Of a stretch of 64,000 nt of DNA, positions 1 through 10,800 are shown piece after piece. Location of the stretch: positions 44,456 to 108,455 of the IMG/VR virus record IMGVR_UViG_3300008113_000012. The stretch is one strand, 5' to 3'. The notes beneath the pieces were generated by a model, which worked only from the letters and a program-made list of their open reading frames with translations, searched no databases and was not told the origin of the DNA. Source of the DNA: a virus. Within the stretch, counting starts at the first letter, position 1. Every line of letters begins with the position of its first letter. The translations under genes were made by a program, and so were the position numbers.

Positions 1-824
1 CATTCAAGATTGCAGAAAGCTATTCTGGTGCTGCTGGCACTGGTAAGGCAGCTTCTACAGCCGCTCTAGAAGGTGCAGCTGGTAAGCGTCTAAGCATTCA
101 AATCTTGAAGCAAACTGTAGAAGCTAAGACTCGTAAGTTATCAGCTCGCTGGACTTTCGAATCTGCACAAGATGCACAAGCCCAACAAGGTATTGACATC
201 GAAGCAGAAATCATGGCTGCTCTTGCACAAGAAATCACAGCAGAAATTGATCAAGAAATTATTTCTTCATTAACAACTCTAGCTGGTACACAGAACCAAC
301 AGGCTTATAACCAAGCTGCTGTTTCTGGTACTGCTACTTTCGTTGGTGACGAACATGCTGCTTTAGCAGTTATGATCAACCGTGTTGCTAACACAATCGC
401 CCAACGTACACGTCGTGGCGCTGGTAACTGGGCAGTTGTAAGCCCAACAGCATTGACAATTCTACAATCTGCTACTACAAGCGCATTTGCTCGTACAACA
501 GAAGGTACATTCGAAGCACCTACAAACACTAAGTTTGTTGGTACATTGAACAATGCTATGAAAGTTTATGTTAACACATATGCATCCAACGATACAATTC
601 TTGTTGGTTACAAAGGTGCTAACGAGAGCGATGCAGCAGCATTCTATTGCCCATACATTCCATTGATGAGCAGTGGTGTTGTTCTTGACCCATCAACATT
701 CGAGCCAGTCGTATCATTCATGACACGTTATGGTTATGTTGAGTTGTCAAACACAGCTAGTTCTCTAGGTAACGCAGCTGATTACCTAGGTACAGTTACT
801 ATCAGTAACGCTGTATTCAGCTAA
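1..824 (+). CDS. gp23: Major capsid protein (T4 gp23-like), 5'-truncated by window edge
   Basis: Frame open from position 3; motifs QTVEAKTRKLSARWT, EITAEIDQE, TRRGAGN, AFYCPYIPL, FMTRYG typical of gp23. Confidence 0.96.
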   Translation, partial: FKIAESYSGAAGTGKAASTAALEGAAGKRLSIQILKQTVEAKTRKLSARWTFESAQDAQAQQGIDIEAEIMAALAQEITAEIDQEIISSLTTLAGTQNQQAYNQAAVSGTATFVGDEHAALAVMINRVANTIAQRTRRGAGNWAVVSPTALTILQSATTSAFARTTEGTFEAPTNTKFVGTLNNAMKVYVNTYASNDTILVGYKGANESDAAAFYCPYIPLMSSGVVLDPSTFEPVVSFMTRYGYVELSNTASSLGNAADYLGTVTISNAVFS

Positions 825-852
825 TCAACTTACCGCAAGGTACGTTAATTAT

Positions 853-877
853 AAAGGGCTCTTCGGAGCCCTTTCTT
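853..877 (+). terminator. Rho-independent terminator with cUUCGg tetraloop
   Basis: aaagggctc-ttcg-gagcccttt directly after the capsid stop; T4-type UUCG hairpin. Confidence 0.85.
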
Positions 878-886
878 ACGAACGGA

Positions 887-892
887 TAAATA
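887..892 (+). promoter_or_regulatory. T4-like late promoter core (TAAATA)
   Basis: aacggaTAAATA after the terminator; motif recurs upstream of most structural genes (T4 late consensus TATAAATA). Confidence 0.65.
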
Positions 893-901
893 TATTGTAT
901 G

Positions 902-958
902 ATTCACACAGGGTGAATTTTATGCGGAAATCCAACCGCGTATGGCCTAGAACGCCAT
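902..958 (+). ncRNA. Putative structured 5' leader (three tandem hairpins)
   Basis: attcac/gtgaat, tatgcgg/ccgcgta and atggc/gccat stems between the late promoter and the RBS. Confidence 0.35.
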
Positions 959-979
959 GTTTCTTAAGGAGAAAATAAA

Positions 980-1690
980 ATGGGACGTCCTTTACATAAA
1001 AAATATTTTGGTAATACAATTACCCCGTTCAACAACTATGCACAAGGTGGCAACACTGGTGTAGGCGGAGAAGGCGTTGCTAGTGTAACAATCGCAGCAC
1101 CAATCACGGCAGATCTAACAGGAACAATTACTGTTACATTTTCAGCTCCTCAAATTTCAGGCGGCATTACTGCAACAGGTACTGCACAAGTTAACGGCAG
1201 CAATGACCTAACAGGTATTTTGATTACTAATGCTGGTTCTGGTTATACTTCAGTTCCAACATTCACAGTTGCCGACGGTAACGAGACTGCAACTTATACT
1301 AGTGGTTCAGGCGGCGTTACAGTTGCATTGACTAGCGGTGCAAGTGCTCGTCAAAACGCAATTAAATTTGAAGCACAAATTGGTTCAGGTACTGAAGTTA
1401 CTACAGGTGACATTATCAAACAAGTTGGAAATCACAGATTTAGAGTTAGAACAAGTGATGGTACAGAAACATGTAAACTAGTTGCTAGTGCAAATCTTGG
1501 TGTAAACGAAATGAGCATTACTGCTACTGACTCAGCAACTAACACTTATTTTGTAACTAAAATAACTGCCCGCCGTGTACAGCTAACTCAGATTGCAGGC
1601 GGTTCAAACTATGTATACGCAACCGGTGAAAGTGCTCCTTGGAAGTTTGATGCAGCCGCTGGTATCTACGTACAGATTGAAAATCAGTAA
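980..1690 (+). CDS. Putative virion structural/decoration protein
   Basis: AAGGAG RBS; follows capsid gene; Gly/Thr-rich with ITNAGSGYTSVPT module common in T4-like virion proteins. Confidence 0.7.
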   Translation: MGRPLHKKYFGNTITPFNNYAQGGNTGVGGEGVASVTIAAPITADLTGTITVTFSAPQISGGITATGTAQVNGSNDLTGILITNAGSGYTSVPTFTVADGNETATYTSGSGGVTVALTSGASARQNAIKFEAQIGSGTEVTTGDIIKQVGNHRFRVRTSDGTETCKLVASANLGVNEMSITATDSATNTYFVTKITARRVQLTQIAGGSNYVYATGESAPWKFDAAAGIYVQIENQ

Positions 1691-1695
1691 TTAAC

Positions 1696-1717
1696 ATAGG
1701 GACTACGGTCTCTATTT
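1696..1717 (+). terminator. Hairpin with cUACGg loop, possible weak terminator
   Basis: atagggac-tacg-gtctctat followed by a short U run. Confidence 0.45.
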
Positions 1718-1727
1718 AGGAAAATAA

Positions 1728-2777
1728 ATGAAAGTAGTTAATGTATCCAATGGCGATTATAAACTGATTGTGCAAAGCGGTGGCGAGATCACTTTTAACA
1801 CTGGCAGTCAAACGGGTTTAGTTCGCATCACTGGTGACTTGCTAGTTGAAGGTAATACTACGACTGTACAGTCAGAAACAATGACTGTTAGAGACAACAT
1901 TATTGTTGTCAACGCAGGCGAAACTGGTAACGGTGTTTCATTAACTACTTCTGGTATTACTGTTGACAGAGGAAATTTTTCTGATGCATCATTATTGTTC
2001 GACGAAAGTGTGTCGCACCGCAATGCAGCAGGTAGTGCAACAAATGGTACATTTACATTTGTAAATGATTTAAACGCACTAGTTGGAATTCAGACCTGTA
2101 GTATTAATACCAGAGGTGACAACTTATATTTGATTAATGCGCCAGGATCAGGTTATGTGACTGTTACTGGTACAACAAATTACGAAACTAATATGTTAAG
2201 TTATGCTGCATATTGGCCTACATACCCAACAGGTTCTCCAACTTACAGTGGTCCTATTACTATCGTAGAGGATGATACTATTCCAAACATGAAGGCAGTG
2301 GCAGATTACTTAACTTCTGGATTATACTTCTTTGACGACTGGAGAATTATTGAAGCTAACACTAGTGTGTCAGTTTATGATAGTGCTGGTGGAAATACAT
2401 ACAGACCAACAGGTTACACACCACCTGTTACTAGTAACATTAGTTTTACTGTTGACGGAAATGAAAGAGGAAAATTTACTCCTTTAGGATTAGATGTTGA
2501 TAATATTAACGTTTATACAAATACTATCAATAACGCAACTGCTAATTTAGTACTAACATCAACTGCAACTGATAATATTGTTCAAGTTGATGCAGTCTTA
2601 CAATTAGACGACACTGGGTTAAGTCCAACTGCTGTTACAGGATCAACAAAGATTTATACAGTGAATTCAAATACAACTCCTGCTCCGGGAAAAACCGGTA
2701 TATATTTTACCAACCAAGGTAACTCAGACGAACTAGTTGCTAAGAATAGAGCACTATTGTTTAGCGTACTATTTTAA
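1728..2777 (+). CDS. Putative virion structural (fibre/baseplate-associated) protein
   Basis: 349-aa ORF; GDLLVEGNTTTV...DNIIVVN...GITVDRG fibre-type motif. Confidence 0.65.
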   Translation: MKVVNVSNGDYKLIVQSGGEITFNTGSQTGLVRITGDLLVEGNTTTVQSETMTVRDNIIVVNAGETGNGVSLTTSGITVDRGNFSDASLLFDESVSHRNAAGSATNGTFTFVNDLNALVGIQTCSINTRGDNLYLINAPGSGYVTVTGTTNYETNMLSYAAYWPTYPTGSPTYSGPITIVEDDTIPNMKAVADYLTSGLYFFDDWRIIEANTSVSVYDSAGGNTYRPTGYTPPVTSNISFTVDGNERGKFTPLGLDVDNINVYTNTINNATANLVLTSTATDNIVQVDAVLQLDDTGLSPTAVTGSTKIYTVNSNTTPAPGKTGIYFTNQGNSDELVAKNRALLFSVLF

Positions 2778-2786
2778 GGAAAGAAC

Positions 2787-3119
2787 ATGGCAATTAAGAA
2801 TACAGCAATTCCAGCAACAACAGATACATCAATTTATACTAGTAGTGGTGTTAACGCTATTACAACTATTATTGTATGCAACACTAATACAACTCCTAGT
2901 ACTGGAGATAGAACACTAACTTTATATGCAGTAGAAAACAATGCAGGTGCTGTAGGTACTCCTGCTACTGGAAATATGATTGTACAAACACTAACAATTC
3001 CTGCCGGAGATACAATTAGTTTTGATCAAGAAAAAATGGTGTTAATTAATAACGATGCTATTTTTGCCTATACTAGCGGAACCGGATTAACAGCAACAGT
3101 AAGCACATTACCGGTATAA
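2787..3119 (+). CDS. Small beta-rich structural/adaptor protein (paralog family, copy 1)
   Basis: AAGGA RBS; similar length and pattern to 13087-13416 and 32510-32836. Confidence 0.65.
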   Translation: MAIKNTAIPATTDTSIYTSSGVNAITTIIVCNTNTTPSTGDRTLTLYAVENNAGAVGTPATGNMIVQTLTIPAGDTISFDQEKMVLINNDAIFAYTSGTGLTATVSTLPV

Positions 3120-3124
3120 TACAC

Positions 3125-3856
3125 ATGAGATTTCTAAAAACACTAACGCTTAATCGTAGAGCAATTTATGATGACAGACTTGCAATTGATACTGCAAGTG
3201 GTGTTATAATGAATACTCCTAATAATCTTTTAATTCCTAAAGGATCTACTGCTGACAGACCAGTTAGTCCTGTTAACGGGATGATTCGTTACAATACTAC
3301 ATTAAACGAGATACCCGGATCACCAGGAACGTATTACGGCGATTTTGAAGTATACCAAGGAAGTTCTTGGAGAGTCGTTAGATTTAAAGAATCTAACGGA
3401 GTTACTCTTCAGGACGCTGGCACCGGAAATGATGTATGGACAACGTTTGGTCCTCTAACTCCTGATCCTTTTGATAATAATTATCAAGCTGAAGTTACAT
3501 GGAACGCAGCTCAGATTGCAAAAAATATAACAGTTATTGTAGAAAACGTTTATCAAATAGGTACAGTAAACTTTGAAATTGTACAAAACCCAACCACTAC
3601 TGGCACAGGTGCTGAGATTACAACAGGTGCATTTGTAGAAGGAACTCAGTATATAATTACCAACGTAGGCGATACTGATTTTACAACATTAGGTGCAAGT
3701 GCCAATACTGTTGGAGTTGTGTTTACTATTCCTGTAGCAGGAGGCACTGGCAACGGCACTACAGGTAAAGTAAGAAAAACAGGAACTTATCTAGAGTTTT
3801 ACACTTTTGTTCCTGACACAAAGAAAGTATACGTTCTCCAAAAGTTTGATCAGTAA
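3125..3856 (+). CDS. Putative virion structural protein
   Basis: IPKGSTADRP...GMIRYNT module shared with the C-termini of the downstream giant proteins. Confidence 0.65.
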   Translation: MRFLKTLTLNRRAIYDDRLAIDTASGVIMNTPNNLLIPKGSTADRPVSPVNGMIRYNTTLNEIPGSPGTYYGDFEVYQGSSWRVVRFKESNGVTLQDAGTGNDVWTTFGPLTPDPFDNNYQAEVTWNAAQIAKNITVIVENVYQIGTVNFEIVQNPTTTGTGAEITTGAFVEGTQYIITNVGDTDFTTLGASANTVGVVFTIPVAGGTGNGTTGKVRKTGTYLEFYTFVPDTKKVYVLQKFDQ

Positions 3857-3864
3857 AACCTCGC

Positions 3865-3870
3865 TAAATA
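3865..3870 (+). promoter_or_regulatory. Late promoter core (TAAATA)
   Basis: gcTAAATA in the short intergenic region upstream of 3888. Confidence 0.6.
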
Positions 3871-3887
3871 GTGTAATGGAGCACTAA

Positions 3888-6800
3888 ATGGCAAATGCAT
3901 TAGGTAGAATTTCTGGTCAACTTTTAAAAGATAATCTAACCCGCAGCGGCAATGATTTAAAGTTTGACGAGTTTGGATCAACTGATCCGTTACTAAACCT
4001 TAATGTTACTGGACGTTATATTAGTGTCAACTCAGACACTACATTTAGACCGCTGTTTGTTAACGGCAAAACATTTACATCTAATTTAATATCTTTAGAC
4101 GGACTGCAAGGCTCTTCAAATTTAAAATTAAGTGTCAACGGAAATACAATTGTATCAATACAAGATTTAAATCTTTTTGCAGCTACGCAAGTAAATGCAA
4201 ACATTATTGATACTGATAACATTCGTATCGACGGCAATGTTATATCAACTAAGACTCTTAATACAGTATTAGATATCACCCCAGCTGGCTCATTAGACAT
4301 TTACAACAAGCTAAATGTTACAGGTAATCTATGGGCAAAAGAAACAGCTCCAGGTAACGGTACAGGTAGAATTACTCTAGATGGTAATATTACTTTTGGA
4401 AGTGATGGCGCAGATACTATAAGTTTTGCCGCTGATATTAATACAGATATTAATCCAAATGTAGACGAATTATATAGTATAGGATCTACATCTCAAAAAT
4501 GGGAAGGACTATATACAGCATTAATCAACGGCCAGCAAGTTTCATCTACTAGCATTGCATCTGGCGGAATTGATTTAGCATCTAGACAAGGTAAAATTTG
4601 GTACGTAGCTTCCAATGGATTAGACACTAATGTTGGCGATCATCAGAACGGTGCATTTGCCACCATCAGAGAAGCACTATTAAACGCAACTGCTGGCGAT
4701 ACCGTTTATATCTATCCAGGCACTTATACTGAGATAACCCCGTTAACTATTCCTGTAGGAGTTACAGTTAAAGGTACAGGCATTAGATCAGTCACAGTAG
4801 TTCCAGATGCAACAACTGACACTGAAACAGTATTTTTAATAAACGGTGAGTCAACTATTAGCGACTTAACTGTTAAAGATTTTTATGCACCAGGTTATGC
4901 ATTTGCATTTGCTCCGGGATTTACAGTAACAAGTCGCAGCCCGTATGTACAAAACATAACTGTAATTACCAAAGGTAGTGTAATATCACCAAGTGATCCA
5001 AGAGGTTTTGATGAAGGAGATGCTGGTGGCGGTGCCCGTGTTGATGGTAGTCTAGCAACAGCATCTAGCAAAGAAGCTAGTATGTTATTCCACAGCGTGA
5101 CATTTATTACACCAGGTGTAGATGCGCTGGTAATGACTAACGGTGTACGTGTTGAATGGCTTAACTCTTTTAGTTACTTTGCTAACAGAGGAATATATGC
5201 TACACAAGGCACACTTGGACTTGCAAGTTTAGGTGTTAGATTTGGTGCTGAAATTCGAAGCATTGGATCTGCTAACGTATATGGTAACTACGGAGCCGAA
5301 GCTAACGGCGCAAGTACATTAATGTATTTGATACAGCACAACTTTGCCTATATTGGTGCAGGCAAAGATGTTACTAATGATCCAAGTTTAAATATTGCTG
5401 CTAATGAAACAGTTGAACTTGCAGCAGGTAAAATCTATTATCAAAGTTTAGACAACAAGGGTAATTTTAAAGTTGGAGATGCTTTTGGAGTTAGTTTTGA
5501 TACTGGGCGTGTTACTATTAGCGGAGTGTCTGTCTCAGCTGGCGGAGTAACATCAATTAATTTTGCCGCAGGAACTGACGAAACTGTTATCGACGCTACA
5601 CAAGTAACTGTTAACAATGTTACATTTAGCGATAATCTTATATCAACACTATCAGGTCCTGTTAATTTAGATAGCGGTACTGGTGAAATTAAATTAAATG
5701 CCAATACAGATGTAACAGACAATTTAATTATTGATGGTAATTTTAATATAGATGGACAATTAACAATCGGTAATGCGTACATTGATATCGTTAGATTTGA
5801 AGCACCTGTTGAATTTGATCTACGCCCAGTAACAGATGATGACTACACACTCGGCGGTCCTACAAACAAAAGTTGGGATTTTGTTTATCTTGATACATCG
5901 TATATTGGCAGCTACAAGTTAGAAAATGCAACTATTTCTACACTGCCTACTAATGCAGATGTTGAACTAAGAGCAGATACTACTGGTAAGATTTATGTTC
6001 CTACTAATAATGTAGAGTTCGATAATGACTTAACAGTTGATACTACTACTGCTTTAAAACTTACAATAGTTACAGGCGAGATAACGCAATACGGCGACTA
6101 CTACCAAACTGGAAATACTCTACAAACCGGCAATCGTGAAATAACTAACACTCTAGATGTAACAAATAACATTTATTTTGACAATATAAACATTGTTGAT
6201 AATAGAATTTTTACAACTAATTTAAATGATAGTCTAGAGCTAAGAGCGGCTGGCACAACTGGCAAAGTTATCTTCAATGAAATAACAGAGTTTAGCCAAA
6301 ATGCACTATTTGGAACATTAGAATCTAATGGTTTAGGCAACTCTGGTACTATTACTTCTGATATATTCTCAGACAGTGATATAGAAATTAACGACAACTA
6401 TATTACCACTACAGTTGGTAATAACGATCTTAGACTAGTTCCTAACGGCATTGGAAAATTATTGTTGCCTTTAGATCCTTTAGCAATTGATCAAGCATTA
6501 ACAGTAGAAGATACATCTACGCTAAAGAGCGTTAACATGAACGGGAATTTAGTGCATGTTGGCACTACTAGTCAAACAGGAAATGTAACACAGACTGGTA
6601 ATTTTGATTTATCTAATGACCTAACAGTAACAGGTACTAATGCGTTCTTTACTGATGTTCGTATAATTAACAATAGTATTGCTACTTCAACAGGTAATAA
6701 TAATTTAGAGTTACGTGCTAACGGAACTGGTATTATTAACATTACAGATTTTGCTGCATTTGGTCAAACATTAACAGTTAACGGTATAACTTCTACTACT

Positions 6801-7694
6801 ACTCTTAGTACAGTAACTGGTACTATTACTTCAGATATTTTTACCGACAGCGATATTGAAATTAATGACAACTATATTACCACTACAGTTGGTAATAATA
6901 ATTTAATACTAACTGCAAACGGAACAGGCGGCCTAAGGTTAGAAAAACTTAAATTCAATGCAGGAACACTCAGTACAGAAAGCAATAATGACAGTATTAT
7001 TTTATCAATACCTGCAGGCAATTTACTAATTGACAGTGCAACTGCATTAAAAATTCCTGTTGGAACTACTGTAAATCGTCCTACGCTAACACAAGGTGAA
7101 TTGAGATTTGACACGACTGATAATTTGTTTAGAGGATACAGTGCATCTACAGTTACCTTTGCAGGTGTGTATTCTGCAGATAGATTAACAAAAGTTTTGG
7201 CTCATCCAACTAATAACACTATAGGATTTACTACTAATAATAGTACATCAATGACTGTTAGCTCTACTGGATTTAATATTAATGCCTTAGCTGTAGATAA
7301 CTTGTTATTTAACAACAGTACAATTTCTTCAACAGCTACAAACACAAACATTACTTTAAATTCAAACGGCACTGGCTATGTTAAAATTGGAGATATAGCA
7401 TTAGAAACAAACGAGTTTCTAAACTTAAATGCAACTAATCCATTAATATTACAAAATACTGGAGCAGGTTATATCAAATTTGCTGGCACATATGGACTAG
7501 CAATTCCTTCAGGTGATATTAATTCTAGACCACTATCACCTGAAACAGGAGACTTACGTTGGAACACTGAACTAAGTGAAGCAGAAGTGTTTAACGGAGT
7601 AAACTATCAAGCTCTGTCAGGTAGTGGTGGAGATCTTCTTAGCGCAGAAGAAGTACAAGAAGCAACTAATCTTTGGGCCCTTGTACTAGGCTAA
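3888..7694 (+). CDS. Large virion fibre-like protein A1 (1268 aa) with pectin-lyase-like beta-helix and repeats
   Basis: YVASNG.D...AFATIREAL...GDTVYIYPGTYTE beta-helix cap; repeated I.I.DN.I.T...N.DL.L...G.G units; C-terminal P.G....RP modules. Confidence 0.75.
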   Translation: MANALGRISGQLLKDNLTRSGNDLKFDEFGSTDPLLNLNVTGRYISVNSDTTFRPLFVNGKTFTSNLISLDGLQGSSNLKLSVNGNTIVSIQDLNLFAATQVNANIIDTDNIRIDGNVISTKTLNTVLDITPAGSLDIYNKLNVTGNLWAKETAPGNGTGRITLDGNITFGSDGADTISFAADINTDINPNVDELYSIGSTSQKWEGLYTALINGQQVSSTSIASGGIDLASRQGKIWYVASNGLDTNVGDHQNGAFATIREALLNATAGDTVYIYPGTYTEITPLTIPVGVTVKGTGIRSVTVVPDATTDTETVFLINGESTISDLTVKDFYAPGYAFAFAPGFTVTSRSPYVQNITVITKGSVISPSDPRGFDEGDAGGGARVDGSLATASSKEASMLFHSVTFITPGVDALVMTNGVRVEWLNSFSYFANRGIYATQGTLGLASLGVRFGAEIRSIGSANVYGNYGAEANGASTLMYLIQHNFAYIGAGKDVTNDPSLNIAANETVELAAGKIYYQSLDNKGNFKVGDAFGVSFDTGRVTISGVSVSAGGVTSINFAAGTDETVIDATQVTVNNVTFSDNLISTLSGPVNLDSGTGEIKLNANTDVTDNLIIDGNFNIDGQLTIGNAYIDIVRFEAPVEFDLRPVTDDDYTLGGPTNKSWDFVYLDTSYIGSYKLENATISTLPTNADVELRADTTGKIYVPTNNVEFDNDLTVDTTTALKLTIVTGEITQYGDYYQTGNTLQTGNREITNTLDVTNNIYFDNINIVDNRIFTTNLNDSLELRAAGTTGKVIFNEITEFSQNALFGTLESNGLGNSGTITSDIFSDSDIEINDNYITTTVGNNDLRLVPNGIGKLLLPLDPLAIDQALTVEDTSTLKSVNMNGNLVHVGTTSQTGNVTQTGNFDLSNDLTVTGTNAFFTDVRIINNSIATSTGNNNLELRANGTGIINITDFAAFGQTLTVNGITSTTTLSTVTGTITSDIFTDSDIEINDNYITTTVGNNNLILTANGTGGLRLEKLKFNAGTLSTESNNDSIILSIPAGNLLIDSATALKIPVGTTVNRPTLTQGELRFDTTDNLFRGYSASTVTFAGVYSADRLTKVLAHPTNNTIGFTTNNSTSMTVSSTGFNINALAVDNLLFNNSTISSTATNTNITLNSNGTGYVKIGDIALETNEFLNLNATNPLILQNTGAGYIKFAGTYGLAIPSGDINSRPLSPETGDLRWNTELSEAEVFNGVNYQALSGSGGDLLSAEEVQEATNLWALVLG
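6393..6898 (+). repeat. 32-nt exact direct repeat (6393-6424 and 6867-6898)
   Basis: gacaactatattaccactacagttggtaataa occurs twice, 474 nt apart and in frame. Confidence 0.9.
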
Positions 7695-7707
7695 AACTCA
7701 AAACGGC

Positions 7708-7713
7708 TAAATA
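7708..7713 (+). promoter_or_regulatory. Late promoter core (TAAATA)
   Basis: aacggcTAAATA, near-identical context to 881-892. Confidence 0.65.
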
Positions 7714-7721
7714 CTACTGAT

Positions 7722-7835
7722 TACAAGAAATGGCATTTCTTGTATGGTTAAACTGTGGTAAACCAGCAAAGAGCCCTCAGGGATGCAGACTCAAGTCTAA
7801 ACTAGGTTAACCGTGAAACACGGGGTCTAAAGGAG
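7722..7835 (+). ncRNA. Candidate cis-regulatory structured RNA in 5' leader
   Basis: 10-bp perfect hairpin 7722-7744; ggttaa/ttaacc enclosing helix; tgg/cca, ccc/ggg and agac/gtct stems; ccgtg-aaa-cacgg just before the AAGGAG RBS. Confidence 0.5.
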
Positions 7836-7840
7836 CGCAC

Positions 7841-10800
7841 ATGAGCCAGCTTGGTCGAATTTCCGGTCAACTTTTAAAAGATAACCTAACCCGCAACGGC
7901 CATGACTTAACGTTTGATGCAACTGATGCACACCCAGAAGGCTTACTCCATTTAGACGTTAATAATCGTAGAGTTGGTATTAAAACACTTACTCCTGATC
8001 ACGAACTAGACGTAAACGGTACAACAAGAACAACAGATTTAGAAGTTACAAATCAAGCAGTGCTTGATGACTTAACATTTTCTACAGACACTATTACTAG
8101 CGGTACAGGCACGTTAAATTTAACCAACGGTACAGGCGATCAAATTAACTATCAAGCAAAACTAGTAGTTGACAATGTTGAACTTGAAAACAACGTAATT
8201 AGAACTAATAGTGCTGCAAATTTAGAACTCCGTCCAAACGGCACAGGAACTGTTGATGTCTACGCAGATACAAACATCTACGGTGATGTTTACGTATCTG
8301 GTAATATTCGTGCGGATGGTAATATTACAGTTGGTGATGCTAATACAGACAATATTACAATTAATGCAGATGTTGCAAGTGATATTATTCCAAATACCGA
8401 TATTACATACAAGCTAGGTAACGGCGGAACTAGTTATATAGAAGGTGTAGAATTTACACTAGGTGATGTTACTTTAACTGTTAGCGGAACAGGAACAACT
8501 GTTGTGTTGTCTATACCAGCAGCTGGTCCAACTTGGATTAATACATTAGTTGCACATACTACCGGTAAATCATATCAAATAGTTTTAGACAACGAGCCAG
8601 GCAGCTATTCTCTAGTTACATTAGGATCGTGGACTGGAACTAATCCACAAACAGTATCAACTAGTAACGACGGATTAATAGATGGCGTTTACAATGTTGC
8701 GTCAATTAGATTTGATCAAAAACGTTGGTTAGACTTATGGGTTAAAAATGTTTATACAGATGCAGTAGTATCTGGAGACATTACCATTGACGGAATCAAT
8801 TTAAATTCTACACAGGGTAAAATTTATTATGTTGCTACAAACGGTTCAGATTCTAATGCAGGCGAACATCAAAATGATCCGTTTGCCACAGTTAAGAAAG
8901 CTCTAAGTGTAGCAACTAGTGACGATGCTGTTTACATTTATCCAGGAACCTATACCGAAATATTTCCGTTAACTGTTCCTGTAGGAGTAGATCTTAGAGG
9001 CGCTGGAATACGTTCAGTAAAGATTACTCCAACTACTGCAACTCGCTATAACGATGCGTTTTTAATTAATGGCGAATCAACAGTTGAAGACATTACCATT
9101 GCTGATTTCTTCAGCGGCGGAAATTATTTTACAGTAACAGCAGCTAGTCTAAACTCAACAACAGTTAATGTTGGAACAGCACCATACGCTCACACATATG
9201 TAAGTGGCGGAACTATTAACATTGGCGGAACAGATTACACAATTACAAATGCTGTTTACACACATACAACTGGAGTTTTAGTACTAACTCATACTGGCGG
9301 TACAGCAACTCCGACTACTACAGTATTTTTATCTAATCTAACATTCAGCTGCAATGGTGGCGAAAGAGTATTTCCAGACAACGGATATGCATTCCGCTTT
9401 GCAACAGACTTTGCAGTTACAAGTCGTAGTCCATACATTAGAAACATAACTGTATTAACTAAGGGTAGTGTTACTAGCTTATCAGATCCATTAGGCTACA
9501 ACGAAGGTGATGCTGGTAAAGGTGCGTACATTGACGGTGCTTATGCAACTGCATTGAGTAAAGAAGCGTCAATGCTATTCCACAGTGTGACATTCATCTG
9601 TCCGGGTGTTGATGTAATTGTTGCTACTAACGGCACTCGAGTAGAATGGCTAAACTCGTTCACTTACTATGCAAATCGCAGTATGTATTTGTACAGCAGC
9701 AACGATGGATTTGCTGGCGCAGGTTTAACTAGATTAAAACTACCAGTAGCTACTCGAACAGGCACCTGGGCAGTAGGCAATACTGTTAGCTATTATGATA
9801 CCAATGGAACTACCGTATTAACTTCAGGTACTGTTACTAGCGTTGACGGTGACTGGGTTAACTTAACAGGAAGAGTACAAGGATTTTTAATTCCAGATGA
9901 TCGTGCTCCTAAGACTGTAACACTAAACGGTGATGCAAAATTAAGCACTGCACAGAAAAAGTTTGGTACAGCAAGTCTTGTATTAGATGGCACTGGTGAT
10001 TTTATCACATTAAGCAGTCAAGTTGACTTCGGCTACGGAACTGGTGATTTTACTATTGAGTTTTTCTGGAGACCTACTGCCATTGGAGTAGCTCAAGTTT
10101 TATTAGATTGTAGAACAGCAACTAACGATACTGCATTGTACTTGGAAATGAATGCTGCTGGCAATGTTAGATTATTTGTTAGCAATGCATATCGAATAAC
10201 ATCATCTGTAGTTTGTACAGCAGGAACATTTAATCACATAGCGTTATTCAGAACTGGAGGCACTACTAAGTTAGCAGTTAACGGAACTATCACTCCAACA
10301 ACATTTGCTGATGCTACAGACTATCCAGCAAGACCATTTAGACTAGGAGCCACTTGGGTAGGAACTGCTCCATGCACAGGATATTTTGACGAACTGCGTG
10401 TAGTAAAAGGTGTAACCAAATATACTACTACCGTTACTGTTCCTACAATACCATTCTTAGCTGACACATCAACAGTTCTATTATTGCACTTTAACGGATT
10501 AAACAACAGTACAAACGTTGTTGACGACGGTGTTACGTTTGTTGATATCCGCAGTTCAGCAGGCGGCGCAACTACAGACCTAGCTGTCGCAGACTATTCA
10601 GACTTTGGTGTTGAACTACGCTCAATTGGTTCAGCTGCTGTCTACGGTAACTACGGTATCTACGGTGACGGTGCTGGTGTTATTGCTTACCTAATTGGAC
10701 AAAACTTAGCCTACATTGGTAACGGCAAAGAGACTACAAACGATCCTACTACTGTTATACAAGCTAACGAAGTTGTTGAACTTGATAATGCCAAGATTTT

